A program made the position numbers and the translations under genes. A DNA stretch of 64,000 nt from Pseudomonas phage pPa_SNUABM_DT01. Location: sequence record MW735835.1; one strand, 5' to 3'. Below are positions 38,072 through 47,594 of the stretch, in pieces. Numbering within the stretch: position 1 is the first letter of the stretch; the number at the start of each line of letters is the position of its first letter. Under the pieces are notes generated by a model. That model had not been told where the DNA came from and ran no database searches. It saw only the letters and a list, made by a program, of their open reading frames with translations.

Positions 38072-38446
38072 ATGAGCGCATCCGCTAGCTTGAATGCTCT
38101 GGCACAGAGCAGCAGTCGGTATCTCGCCCTACTGCGAGACATCATCCTTAAAGGCATTCCGCAAGTCTTCACTCCGTCTGGAAGACTCACCACCGGTCCA
38201 TTGAAAGAGTGGTATGGAACGGTAACGTCCGTCAACGGAGTGTGGACGGCCAACGTGCAGAACGCAGGGTTTGTTCAGATCCTTCACGTTGATCCTCAGG
38301 CTGTTTACAATGATACCGCGTACAACCAGCAAGTCACAGCGTCCATCAACTCTGTCTCCCTGACTTCGATCTCCGGTCGTGTCATCCGGGATGGCGGTAA
38401 AGCGGGCCCGAACTGTTCTGTCATGGTTAAAGTTACGGGAAGGTAA
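38072..38446 (+). CDS. hypothetical protein (124 aa)
   Basis: ATG after a 180-nt structured gap. Start uncertain. Confidence 0.35.
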   Translation: MSASASLNALAQSSSRYLALLRDIILKGIPQVFTPSGRLTTGPLKEWYGTVTSVNGVWTANVQNAGFVQILHVDPQAVYNDTAYNQQVTASINSVSLTSISGRVIRDGGKAGPNCSVMVKVTGR

Positions 38447-38452
38447 TGTCCT

Positions 38453-39070
38453 ATGTACTACTTCTACCCCGCCGAAAAGGCATTCAACCATGGCGCCTCC
38501 ATTTGGCCTACGTCTGTCGAAGTCACTGATGCGGTTTATGCTCAGTTGATGATCGATCTGGACAACGGCTATGTGTTGGAGGTCGATGAGAACGGTCATC
38601 CGTATAGCGTGGCTCCTTCCGAACCTTCGGTGAAGCCAATCGCTGATCTGTTCCAAGAACGCTTGGCCAGATTGAACAACGACTACGAGGCAGCAGTCTT
38701 GTACCTCAAGTCGACGTACCCGCCATCGGAAGTCATCACGTGGCCCGTGCAGATCATTGAGGCACGCGCTATTTTCTCGTGGCTGGATGCGAACCCCACC
38801 CTGACCATCGCTGATATGCCTGAAAGCATAGCGCCGTTCCTGGTGGCGCTGAGTGCCTCACGTGTAGCATTGGGTTATCCCAGTGACTTGCAACACTTGG
38901 CGCAACGCGTGATCGAGAACGATGCATTGTTCACCCCTGCTTTGGCGAATGTCACCGCGGTGCGTCACATGACCGAGAAAGAGATGTTGGCTGCGGTGAA
39001 TGCGAACGATAGCATCCTGCTGATGGCCATCACTTGGACGTTCCCCTATCCGCCTGTCGTGATCGAATGA
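38453..39070 (+). CDS. hypothetical protein (205 aa)
   Basis: ORF followed by dyad motif 39078-39101. Confidence 0.5.
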   Translation: MYYFYPAEKAFNHGASIWPTSVEVTDAVYAQLMIDLDNGYVLEVDENGHPYSVAPSEPSVKPIADLFQERLARLNNDYEAAVLYLKSTYPPSEVITWPVQIIEARAIFSWLDANPTLTIADMPESIAPFLVALSASRVALGYPSDLQHLAQRVIENDALFTPALANVTAVRHMTEKEMLAAVNANDSILLMAITWTFPYPPVVIE

Positions 39071-39077
39071 AATAAAA

Positions 39078-39101
39078 TTCAACGATACATGATAGCAGTG
39101 A
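39078..39101 (+). promoter_or_regulatory. 24-nt dyad motif copy 2 (TTCAACGATACATGATAGCAGTGA)
   Basis: 35 nt upstream of the ATG of 39136-39549. Confidence 0.45.
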
Positions 39102-39135
39102 TCATACTAACCATGTCCCTTTGGGAGATCTCAAG

Positions 39136-39549
39136 ATGCGTGACAGACACGGCATTAGCATCATCATGGCCGACTCCGGTGACGAAGTCGACAGTATCAT
39201 TCATCTGCTAGGCATTACCGAAGCATTTCCGCTCCGTTCTTTGGAGCAGATGTTTCAGCTCGACCCTGACGCGGTCTACTTCGTGGTCATGCGGACCAAG
39301 GAAGAGATGACCAAGTTCGCTGAGTACTTCACTGTCAAACGTGGAGTGATGTCAGTGGGCGGACATCGTAGCAGTCTGGGCTTCAACGTGGATTGGATGT
39401 CGAAGATCCTCCTGAAGCCTCGGACTCAACCATCTCCCAGTGTGGCAGCGGTGGTGGAGAAAGCCTTACCCAAGGCGTTCACTGCAATCGAGATCCCGCC
39501 GCACATCGAGAAGGACGATCCGTACGCCGATTTGGGTTACAGGCGCTAA
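39136..39549 (+). CDS. hypothetical protein (137 aa)
   Basis: gggag RBS 8 nt upstream. Terminator at 39557-39590. Confidence 0.45.
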   Translation: MRDRHGISIIMADSGDEVDSIIHLLGITEAFPLRSLEQMFQLDPDAVYFVVMRTKEEMTKFAEYFTVKRGVMSVGGHRSSLGFNVDWMSKILLKPRTQPSPSVAAVVEKALPKAFTAIEIPPHIEKDDPYADLGYRR

Positions 39550-39556
39550 TAAGCAT

Positions 39557-39590
39557 GGGCGGGGTAATCCCCGCCCTTATGCCCTTTTTT
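39557..39590 (+). terminator. intrinsic terminator GGGCGGGG-TAAT-CCCCGCCC + TTATGCCCTTTTTTCTTT
   Basis: 8-bp GC stem + U-tract after the stop of 39136-39549. Confidence 0.65.
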
Positions 39591-39596
39591 CTTTGG

Positions 39597-39626
39597 TTGT
39601 AATTAAAAATTATAGAGCAATACATT
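39597..39626 (+). promoter_or_regulatory. sigma70-like promoter TTGTAA-N18-TACATT in an AT-rich intergenic region
   Basis: Same -10 hexamer (TACATTAT) as the promoter at 47647-47675. Upstream of 39669-40508. Confidence 0.3.
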
Positions 39627-39668
39627 ATAACCATGGAAGCACAACCATAAATCCATTAAGGGGATATC

Positions 39669-40508
39669 ATGAAAGAAGCACTCGCCAACGAAACTGAACG
39701 CAACCAACAAGCCGCTGGGAAGGCTGAAGGGGACGTTCGGATCAGCGATCTGCCAGTCATGGGAGAAGGGGTTGAGGATCTCTCGCTGAGCGACAACAAT
39801 CCGCATGTCGGTATGGAGGCTATCATGGGCAAGGCACTCGATGAGCCTGAGCATGAGGTTGTCAATGACGAACAAGGTCGTCCGATCAAGATTTACGGAT
39901 ACAGCGGCAACAGCTCTGCTGGTTCGGTAGCCCACACTGATCGCGGCGACATGTCCATCAGTGATATCATCGATCTGCGCAATGGTGTACCTCGCGGTAC
40001 TACCAGCCGTGACCTCGCCATCGATCCCGGCATCCGCGCCCGTACTCGTCTCGAGACCCGCGGTCAAAAGATCAAGCGTGCTGCGGTGCGTACCTACCTG
40101 ATCCTTCTCACGTTGATCCTGGCAGCTGTAGGTAGCCTCGGTTACTACATTTACCATCAGACCTTCGAAGTGCCCGGCAAACGCCTGACCGACTATCGTC
40201 CCTGCTCCTACGTCGACGAGAAGCTCGGCCTGGAGATCACGGGTCGTCGTGAATTCTCCTACCTGGAGCGTTCGCTGTTCGGCGTTCACTACCGGCTGGA
40301 GAAGGACATCAGTGAGCGCACTCAGATCGACATCCGTGGCGAGGCCATCACTGCCGTCGGCTTGACTGGCGACAAAGCCAAGCCATTCTGGGCGAAATTC
40401 GCTGACATGGGTGAACGAGGTATTATGATACTCGACCCCGCGAATCAGTATGTCTTCACCACCAAGAAGAAGGCAGTCGTGATCGACTACGATCAATTCT
40501 GCCGCTAA
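39669..40508 (+). CDS. membrane protein (279 aa)
   Basis: Central TM segment YLILLTLILAAVGSLGYYIY. Hairpin at 40526-40543. Confidence 0.5.
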   Translation: MKEALANETERNQQAAGKAEGDVRISDLPVMGEGVEDLSLSDNNPHVGMEAIMGKALDEPEHEVVNDEQGRPIKIYGYSGNSSAGSVAHTDRGDMSISDIIDLRNGVPRGTTSRDLAIDPGIRARTRLETRGQKIKRAAVRTYLILLTLILAAVGSLGYYIYHQTFEVPGKRLTDYRPCSYVDEKLGLEITGRREFSYLERSLFGVHYRLEKDISERTQIDIRGEAITAVGLTGDKAKPFWAKFADMGERGIMILDPANQYVFTTKKKAVVIDYDQFCR

Positions 40509-40576
40509 GTAACGACATCAAGACAGGGAGGCTACGGCCTCCCGCATTATCCATCTGCACGCAACCAAGGAACATC

Positions 40577-40786
40577 ATGGCAGACATCGACGCATCGGTA
40601 AAGAACATCCAGCAATCCATCGCCGCACTGCTGGAGCGCGTCAATAAAGGGGAAGTTCTGTCCAAGGAAGAAGCTCAGGCACTCCTCGAGTGTCGAAAGC
40701 AGTTCGACCAGCTCAAGCAGGTCGACACTTACAAGGAAATTCTGCGTGGCACCAAACTGAAAGAACTCACTGACAAGTGGGCTTAG
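40577..40786 (+). CDS. hypothetical coiled-coil protein (69 aa)
   Basis: ORF with aaggaacatcATG. Confidence 0.4.
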   Translation: MADIDASVKNIQQSIAALLERVNKGEVLSKEEAQALLECRKQFDQLKQVDTYKEILRGTKLKELTDKWA

Positions 40787-40794
40787 GGGGCATC

Positions 40795-41154
40795 ATGAGT
40801 AATCGCAATCTGGCAGCGTGTTACGACACGGTCATCTATTTCCAGGACAAGGGCAAGCCGCGTCAGTACATCAAGGCGATCGGCAAAGACCTCCTCGAGT
40901 TCATTTACTTCACGGAGAATCTGGACGAAGCCAAACTGTTCCGCCCCCATGTAGGCTGGGCAGGTGAAGGCATCGACTACGACTCTTACCACAACGCGTT
41001 CAACATCTTGGTCCAGCGCTTGCGCAAGGATGACAAGTATCGTGTGGCGTTGGGGAATGAGATCTTCGACGAAACCAATAACCAGACGGTCGTCGCAGCC
41101 ATGCGCATCGAGCACACCGACCGTCTGACCACCGTACTGATGCCGCAGGAGTAA
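40795..41154 (+). CDS. hypothetical protein (119 aa)
   Basis: ATG after ggggg. Avoids overlap with the upstream gene. Confidence 0.4.
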   Translation: MSNRNLAACYDTVIYFQDKGKPRQYIKAIGKDLLEFIYFTENLDEAKLFRPHVGWAGEGIDYDSYHNAFNILVQRLRKDDKYRVALGNEIFDETNNQTVVAAMRIEHTDRLTTVLMPQE

Positions 41155-41156
41155 CC

Positions 41157-41513
41157 GTGAGCAAATCTGAGGAACCGATTGTCGTCATCAAATGGCTACA
41201 CTCGTCCTCGGGCCGCAGTAAACGCAGCGAGATCGTCAACCAAGGATGCTTCGTGCTCGAGCACGAAGCTACCGGGCGCTTCTATCTGGGCCAGAGCGAC
41301 AACGTCAGCAAAGACGTCGATAAACAACTTTCCCAACTGGCAAACGGCAAGCACCCGAACAAGATCCTGAACGTCCTCTACGAGAAGGACAACGAGATCC
41401 GGGTGTTCGAATATCCACAGAAGGCAAAGAAGAAACGCGTAACCCTCATGCGTGAGCTGATTGAGAAGGCCGGCTACCTTTGCCTAAATCCAAGAGATGT
41501 CCGCAATGTATAA
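41157..41513 (+). CDS. GIY-YIG domain protein (118 aa), GTG start
   Basis: GCFVLEHEATGRFYLGQSDNVSKDVDKQLSQLANGKH matches the GIY-(10 aa)-YIG...R...H core. Confidence 0.5.
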   Translation: MSKSEEPIVVIKWLHSSSGRSKRSEIVNQGCFVLEHEATGRFYLGQSDNVSKDVDKQLSQLANGKHPNKILNVLYEKDNEIRVFEYPQKAKKKRVTLMRELIEKAGYLCLNPRDVRNV

Positions 41514-42012
41514 AGACCTGAAGCTTCCCAAGCTGGTGCAGCAGATTCTCCTGGTCACCCGTGACCACATTCTTTCTTCGTCCGCCAAGTGCCACATGTT
41601 GGTGCTGGCGACTCCCAAGTTCCTCAAGGACAATCCGCACCTGAAGCCGAGCGCGTTCGAACACGCGATCTTCGGCCCGGTCGTGGTCCTGAACATCACC
41701 CCGCAAGCGATCGGCCCGATCACCTTGGGTGATGACTTCATCAGCTTCGAAGCCCGCTACAGTGGTGCCCTGCTGACCAACTTCGTGACCATGGGTGACA
41801 TCGTTGGCTTGTATTCGCCAGAAGAAGGCTCGGTCATGATCGACGTCGGTGTGGTCAACCTCATCGGTGATACCGGCATGGGTGACGGCAGTGTCGGCAT
41901 GATTGCTGCCCGTCCGCTGAACAGCTACGAGCCGGCAGAATCCGAAGCCCAGGTCCAAACCCAACCCGTTCAACCGCCGCGTGAGCGCCCTAGCCTGAAG
42001 GTAGTCAAATGA
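41497..42012 (+). CDS. sspB: SspB homolog (ClpX adaptor-like), 171 aa
   Basis: GPVVVLNITPQAIGPITLGDDFISFEARYSGA aligns with E. coli SspB GQIVLNIAPRAVGNLELANDEVRFNARFGG. C-terminus PPRERPSLKVVK aligns with the SspB ClpX-binding tail PPRGGRPALRVVK. Confidence 0.6.
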   Translation: MSAMYKDLKLPKLVQQILLVTRDHILSSSAKCHMLVLATPKFLKDNPHLKPSAFEHAIFGPVVVLNITPQAIGPITLGDDFISFEARYSGALLTNFVTMGDIVGLYSPEEGSVMIDVGVVNLIGDTGMGDGSVGMIAARPLNSYEPAESEAQVQTQPVQPPRERPSLKVVK

Positions 42013-42431
42013 GTCAGATAGCTCTGTTCGATGACGGCCGTAAAGAACCTGTCGAGTACGCTTTCGGCGTCCCGGTGCAGGTCTTAATCCCGGACTCCCA
42101 TGGCCTGACCCAGGCTGAGGTCGATGACCTGATGCCGTCGGCTGCCCTGCCGATCTTCACCACCTATCCGAAGCGCAACCTGCGTCCGGGTCTGGCGGAT
42201 TTCTATGCCAAGCTCAAGCCGGCTAAGATCGGCTACCTGCGGGCCTCAGGCTTCGTAAAAGGAAATGAAGGCTGGGTATTACATGGGAGAATCGAGTATG
42301 GGGACAATGTGCGCAGTGAACTGCTCACCGATCCCCGCCTGGTGGTTCTCAGTGTCGACATCGAACGTGGCGATCCTTCTAAGGGGCGAAAGGCTATTGG
42401 CCTGGACCGGATGATGGTAAGCCCGAAGTAA
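42009..42431 (+). CDS. hypothetical protein (140 aa)
   Basis: ORF overlapping the SspB stop by 4 nt. Confidence 0.45.
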   Translation: MSQIALFDDGRKEPVEYAFGVPVQVLIPDSHGLTQAEVDDLMPSAALPIFTTYPKRNLRPGLADFYAKLKPAKIGYLRASGFVKGNEGWVLHGRIEYGDNVRSELLTDPRLVVLSVDIERGDPSKGRKAIGLDRMMVSPK

Positions 42432-42440
42432 GGAGCCTCC

Positions 42441-44435
42441 ATGGACAACCGCATCGAAGCCCTGCGGGCAGAGATCAGTCGTCTGAACGATCTCTACTAC
42501 AACGAAGGGGATTCCGGCGTCGAAGATGCCGTGTACGATTCCCTGAAGAAGGAACTGCGGGAACTCGAAGGTGAAACCGACGACCCGCTGTCCCCTCTGA
42601 ACATCATCGGGGCTCCCGTCGCCGGGGGCTTCGATAAAGTCAAGCACCTGACCCCCATGCAGAGCCTGGGCAACGTGTATAACGAGACTGAACTCACCGA
42701 CTGGTGTGACAATCTCGAGTATCCGGCCTGCGCTCAGATGGAACTCAAGCATGACGGCCTGGCCATTGACCTGCTGTACGACAAGACTCACCTGAAGTAT
42801 GCCGCTACCCGCGGCGACGGTGAAGTCGGTGATGATATCACCGATAACGCCATTTACTTCGAGGGTGTGCCAGAGCAGCTGCGTGGTTTCAGCGGTAAAG
42901 TTGAAATCCGTGGTGAAGCTGTCATCCCGCACAAGCACTTCAAGCGTGTTTGTGAACTGCGTGAGTCGCTGGGCAAGAAAGTCTACGCCAACCCCCGCAA
43001 CATGGTGGCTGGACTGGCTCGCAAAAAGGAAGGAGCGGAGCTGCAAGGCATGGGCATCCGCTTCATCGCCTACGATGCAGTCATTCACACCGACGAAGGC
43101 CCGCTTTCGGTGCCGATGTCGTACTTCCAGCAGGATCTTCAGAGCCAGTTCTACATCTCTCTGCCGGTCTGGGAGGGTTTGACCAGCGATATCGTCAACA
43201 TCGTCGAAACAATCGACGACGTAGCCGAGACTCGTGAGACCCTAGGGCATGACATTGACGGCTTGGTACTGAAATTGATCAAGCCTGAAGACCGCAAAGC
43301 CCTCGGCAGCCGTTCTACCAGCCCGCGATGGGCCGTGGCGTACAAGTTCGAAGCCCAGACCACGACCTCAGTGCTGCAAAGCGTCGAATTGCAGGTCGGT
43401 CGTACCGGGGCCATCACCCCAGTGGCCAAGATCAAGCCCGTCAAGCTCTGCGGTGTGACCATCAGCAGCGTGACGCTTCACAATTTCGAAGAAATCGAGC
43501 GGTTGGACCTCCGTCTGCTCGACACGGTTGTCGTTTCCCGTCGTGGCGACGTCATCCCGAAGATCGAAAGCGTGATCACGGCTCTGCGTACTGACGAACA
43601 CGGCATCATCCCCATTCCCACGGAGTGTCCGTGCTGTGGGGCGCCGTTGAGCAAGAAGGAAGTGGGCAAAGAAGAAGGTGTGAAGCTGTACTGCACCAAC
43701 TCCGTCACCTGTCCTGCTCAGGTCATCAACAAAATGGCCTACTTTGTCAGCCGCGATGGCATCGACGTGAAGAACCTCGGCCCAGCCGCCGTCGAATCCT
43801 TGATTGTGTCGGGTTCGTTGGGGTCGTTCAGCTCGTTGTTCCACCTGACCGAGTCGGATTTCTACAACGCTGGCATCGGGGAAGCCATGACCGACAAGAT
43901 CATGGCCAGTATCGAACGCTGCAAGAAGCTGCCGTTCAAGAAAGTCCTGCGTGCTGTCGGTATCCCGGAAGTCGGCGACTCCACTGCTCGTGATTTGGCG
44001 TTGTTCTACTCGTCGTTCAAGGAGTTGTTCGAAGCCAAGGCTGAAGACATTGAACGAATCCCGGACATCGGCCCTGCGGTCTCTGCAAGCCTCGCTAAGG
44101 CGTTCGAATCCAATGGCGCCGATTACCTGGCCTTGGATAAGATCCTCACCTACGAGGCTGATACGGTCCTTAAAGCCGAGATTCAGGACCTCGCCGGCAA
44201 AACTGTGGTGGTGAGTGGCAGTGACTTCGATGGTAAGTCGCGCAAGGAGATGGAAGCCGACGTGATTTCGCGTGGTGCTAAGCTCTCCAAGTCCGTCAGC
44301 AAGAAAACCGACATCCTCTTCGCAGGTATTGGTGCTGGCCCAGACAAAGTCAAGACCGCCAAAGAGCTGGGGTTCGTCGTTGATGGCATCATGATGACCA
44401 ATCCCAATTCCCTCACTCGCATTCTTCCTCTGTAA
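42441..44435 (+). CDS. ligA: NAD-dependent DNA ligase
   Basis: Adenylation motif ELKHDGLAIDLLY (KxDG). OB fold. Zn-finger CPCCGAPL...C...C. HhH region. C-terminal BRCT (GKTVVVSGSDFDGKSRKEME...). Length 664 aa. Confidence 0.85.
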   Translation: MDNRIEALRAEISRLNDLYYNEGDSGVEDAVYDSLKKELRELEGETDDPLSPLNIIGAPVAGGFDKVKHLTPMQSLGNVYNETELTDWCDNLEYPACAQMELKHDGLAIDLLYDKTHLKYAATRGDGEVGDDITDNAIYFEGVPEQLRGFSGKVEIRGEAVIPHKHFKRVCELRESLGKKVYANPRNMVAGLARKKEGAELQGMGIRFIAYDAVIHTDEGPLSVPMSYFQQDLQSQFYISLPVWEGLTSDIVNIVETIDDVAETRETLGHDIDGLVLKLIKPEDRKALGSRSTSPRWAVAYKFEAQTTTSVLQSVELQVGRTGAITPVAKIKPVKLCGVTISSVTLHNFEEIERLDLRLLDTVVVSRRGDVIPKIESVITALRTDEHGIIPIPTECPCCGAPLSKKEVGKEEGVKLYCTNSVTCPAQVINKMAYFVSRDGIDVKNLGPAAVESLIVSGSLGSFSSLFHLTESDFYNAGIGEAMTDKIMASIERCKKLPFKKVLRAVGIPEVGDSTARDLALFYSSFKELFEAKAEDIERIPDIGPAVSASLAKAFESNGADYLALDKILTYEADTVLKAEIQDLAGKTVVVSGSDFDGKSRKEMEADVISRGAKLSKSVSKKTDILFAGIGAGPDKVKTAKELGFVVDGIMMTNPNSLTRILPL

Positions 44436-44448
44436 ACAGGAGTACTCA

Positions 44449-44913
44449 ATGAGCACCCAACAACTGATCATGTTCGACAAGCCGCTGACCATCGAGGAGG
44501 CCGTGCAAGCGGCCCCTGACCAAGCTCTGGCGCTTCCCTGGGGTGTCCAGTCCATGGTGGCCGACACGGTGCGTCACATGGTCCTGCTGGCGTCGTCCAT
44601 CAGCGAACACTACCGCTATGCCCTCGGCCTGTCCGGAGGCATCGCCCAGTACCTTTACGACCAACCGGCCGGTGCCATCACCAACCCGGATCTCTTCCTG
44701 CGCACCGCTCAGGTTGGTAGCCTGATCGGTCACTTCGATGGCTTGGAAACCCATGCCATCCAGGCCGAGATCCCCGAAGACGAACAGTGCATGATGCTGC
44801 TCGTCATCAACGACGACAAGCTGGTAGTCGGCTACCTGCTCACCAAGCTGCGCGAGTACGGCGACCACATCAACGTGAACAACGTCCTTCCTAAGACCAA
44901 GGCGGCTCAATAA
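44449..44913 (+). CDS. hypothetical protein (154 aa)
   Basis: ORF in the array. Confidence 0.45.
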   Translation: MSTQQLIMFDKPLTIEEAVQAAPDQALALPWGVQSMVADTVRHMVLLASSISEHYRYALGLSGGIAQYLYDQPAGAITNPDLFLRTAQVGSLIGHFDGLETHAIQAEIPEDEQCMMLLVINDDKLVVGYLLTKLREYGDHINVNNVLPKTKAAQ

Positions 44914-45474
44914 ATGGAAATCTTCAACAAGCTGGTCGACGCCCTGCGTGCTGCGCAGAATGACGACATTCAACTGACCCTGACCGGTAAAGCCGGCCAA
45001 GGCAACCTGACTGCGCGAGTGCACTACAAGCGCGACAACCTGCTGACCAAGATCCTGTACCGCCACGACCTGTCGCGCCTGGGCCCGAACAGCGAAGAGT
45101 TGGCCATGTATTGCGCCGGTCTCGAACGTCCGCAGCAGCACATGTGGACCAAGATCCCCGGCCGTCAAATGGTCGAGTTGGCACGTGTCACCGGTAGCCT
45201 GGGTGTGAACCCGGACATGTACCTGCCGGCCTGCTGCGACATCGGCGGCCTGGTGCTGAAGGGCTACGACGAGTTCCCGCACACCAGCGCGTACCTGCGC
45301 CAGTGGTCTGCCAAGGGCAAGGGCATCGGCCTCGAGCTGATCGTCCTGTACCGCAGCGAAGCCGAAGTCCACGTCTTCGAGTCGTCGATCAACTACTACA
45401 TCCAGCCGGACATGGACAAGTTGGTCGCCAGCCTGAAGAAGATCCACGAAGCCGGCGCTCTCAAGGTCGGCTAA
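44914..45474 (+). CDS. hypothetical protein (186 aa)
   Basis: ORF with ATG overlapping the upstream stop (TAAATG). Confidence 0.45.
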   Translation: MEIFNKLVDALRAAQNDDIQLTLTGKAGQGNLTARVHYKRDNLLTKILYRHDLSRLGPNSEELAMYCAGLERPQQHMWTKIPGRQMVELARVTGSLGVNPDMYLPACCDIGGLVLKGYDEFPHTSAYLRQWSAKGKGIGLELIVLYRSEAEVHVFESSINYYIQPDMDKLVASLKKIHEAGALKVG

Positions 45475-45990
45475 ATGGTCAAGGTCTCGCTGATCTACGC
45501 CCAGAACGAGGACGGTGCCATCGGTTTGAAGGGTTCTCACCCGATGCCGTGGCACTTCCCGGAGGACATGCAGCGTTTCGCAGCCCTTACCAAAGGTAAG
45601 GCGATGGTCATGGGGTCGAGTACCTTCGACTCCCTGCCTCGTATCCTTCCGGGTCGCTTCCATTACGTGATGACCCGTAGCCAGGGTCTCCCGCGTCTGG
45701 GGCGCCTCGATCAAGTACAGTTTCTGAACAGCCTCGAGCAGGTGTTCGAGAAAGCCACCCTACACGCTGAAGAACTCTTCGTGATCGGCGGTGGTGACAT
45801 CTTGAACCAAGCCATGCATTGGGCTGACACCATTTATCGCACAGTCGTGCTCAACACTCCGCTTCGGGGTCGTGAGCTGGCCAAGGTCAAGAAGCCGGGT
45901 GAAGACCCGATCTGGAAACGCTTCAAGCTGACCGACACCCAGCGCATCGATGATCGTCTGATCTTCGAGACCTACGAACGCATCATCTAA
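45475..45990 (+). CDS. folA: dihydrofolate reductase
   Basis: VSLIYAQNEDGAIGLKGSHPMPWHFPEDMQRF...KAMVMGSSTFDSLP matches the DHFR N-terminal NADPH/folate-binding motifs. Length 171 aa. Confidence 0.8.
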   Translation: MVKVSLIYAQNEDGAIGLKGSHPMPWHFPEDMQRFAALTKGKAMVMGSSTFDSLPRILPGRFHYVMTRSQGLPRLGRLDQVQFLNSLEQVFEKATLHAEELFVIGGGDILNQAMHWADTIYRTVVLNTPLRGRELAKVKKPGEDPIWKRFKLTDTQRIDDRLIFETYERII

Positions 45991-46000
45991 GGATTGCATC

Positions 46001-46345
46001 ATGAAGAAATGGCTTTTGGTTATGTTGTCTCTGTTGTGTACTTCTGCATTCGCTGAAGAGCAGCGCTTTGTAATGGAACCCGCTCATTGCAAGGTCCTGA
46101 GGCTTCATGCCCTAAAGGCCATCACGGGTAAGCAAACTGGGGTTGTGTACCCTCAGTATGTCCGTGAACGGGTGGAGGACTCCCAGTCACTCGTGGCAGG
46201 GGAACGGTTGATCTACATGGACATCCTTCCGTACTCGCTGGAAATGGCGTACGAGTACTACCACAACGACTTCAACGACAGCACCCCTTACGAGGAAGTG
46301 ATCTACGACAACTGCATGAAACGCGTCGGCGACGTCGCGCAATAA
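46001..46345 (+). CDS. secreted hypothetical protein (114 aa)
   Basis: Signal peptide MKKWLLVMLSLLCTSAFA. Terminator at 46340-46369. Confidence 0.5.
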   Translation: MKKWLLVMLSLLCTSAFAEEQRFVMEPAHCKVLRLHALKAITGKQTGVVYPQYVRERVEDSQSLVAGERLIYMDILPYSLEMAYEYYHNDFNDSTPYEEVIYDNCMKRVGDVAQ

Positions 46346-46369
46346 TACCGGGAGGGCCTAGGCCCTCCC
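46340..46369 (+). terminator. intrinsic terminator GGGAGGGCC-TA-GGCCCTCCC + TTTTTATTTTG
   Basis: Stem + U-tract after the stop of 46001-46345. Confidence 0.65.
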
Positions 46370-46429
46370 TTTTTATTTTGTCATCTTATGACTCTGTGTC
46401 GTTCATTTTTCTTTTAGGGAATAAATAAG

Positions 46430-47590
46430 ATGGCCTCTTCAAGTCAGTTGTCTGCAAAGTTTGCAGCGCTGTTGGTTGCCATTGCGGGTAAGATCAATGG
46501 AAAGCTGGATGCCGGAGCCAAGGCTGCGGACTCTGCACTCCTTGACGGTAAGAACATCACGCAGGTAGGGGCCGCAGCCATTGCAGCCAACCTGGGCGGT
46601 GTGAACGGCCGTAAAGGCGAGCTTCCATTCTTCACCCAAGATGGCGTCCCCATGGCTCTTGGCAGTGCTGAACTTTTGACGCAACTGCGAATGGCCAATG
46701 ATGACACCACCATCGCCAACCTCAAGAGCGCTTCGGTCTCGTTCTCCGAGATCTTCAACAAATGGAAGCGCATCAGCCACGGAAGCAACCTGGTGTTCCC
46801 GAACATCCCGGCTGAACTGGATGGCTGGTCTTACGACAGCGGCACCGATCGAATCTCCTCGACCATCAATAGCGTCAGCTTGATCGGTATCATCAGTACC
46901 GATCGGTTCGACAGCTACGAGTTCGAGACCATCATGAAGTCCACTGCGGCGGACGACGATGGTGTGGGCATGTGCCTGGCGTTCAAGACCATAGGCTCTC
47001 GCGAGTACACCCTTTCGGTGATGATCTCCGCAGGTGGGATCAGTCCAGCTGGTGGAGTGGTGAACGGGCAGTTGCCTCTCGTGATGGTGGCCGTCAACTA
47101 CGGACAAGGTGCGGCGAACGGTCAGGAAATCCTGGCAGTGCAGAACCTGGGTGTCCCTGCTCAGATGTGGAACAACGGTGCGGACTTCGCTGCTGGTGTA
47201 AGGGTTGTGGCAAAGCGCACAATCACCAACCAGCTCGAGATCACTTGTACCCGTGCCGACGGTTCGCCGTGGCCGACCCCGTTCTACTGGACCGGCGCAT
47301 TGCCGACCATCTTCCAGACCAAATGTCCGATCGGTTACCTGGCTATTTCTCAGCCAGGGGCGACTTGGCAGAACGTCAAGCTCCCCACCTCGAAAGCCGA
47401 TATCATCGACATGCGCGATCTGACCGTGTGGCGGTACTTGAACAACAACTGGGTGAACGCAGGTAAGGCGAACAACGCCGGCGTGCTGACTCCAGGGCGG
47501 CTGTACAAGAACAACATCGGAACGATGGGCTCGTACTACCTGGACTTCGAGGGTAACTTCATTACCCTCGGCGTACCGAACGTGCTGTAA
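46430..47590 (+). CDS. tail-fibre-like protein (386 aa)
   Basis: N-terminus SAKFAALLVAIAGKINGKLD is paralogous to the N-terminus of 30757-31674 (KTKFMALLVAISEHLDTKLD). Terminator at 47595-47620. Confidence 0.5.
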   Translation: MASSSQLSAKFAALLVAIAGKINGKLDAGAKAADSALLDGKNITQVGAAAIAANLGGVNGRKGELPFFTQDGVPMALGSAELLTQLRMANDDTTIANLKSASVSFSEIFNKWKRISHGSNLVFPNIPAELDGWSYDSGTDRISSTINSVSLIGIISTDRFDSYEFETIMKSTAADDDGVGMCLAFKTIGSREYTLSVMISAGGISPAGGVVNGQLPLVMVAVNYGQGAANGQEILAVQNLGVPAQMWNNGADFAAGVRVVAKRTITNQLEITCTRADGSPWPTPFYWTGALPTIFQTKCPIGYLAISQPGATWQNVKLPTSKADIIDMRDLTVWRYLNNNWVNAGKANNAGVLTPGRLYKNNIGTMGSYYLDFEGNFITLGVPNVL

Positions 47591-47594
47591 TAGA

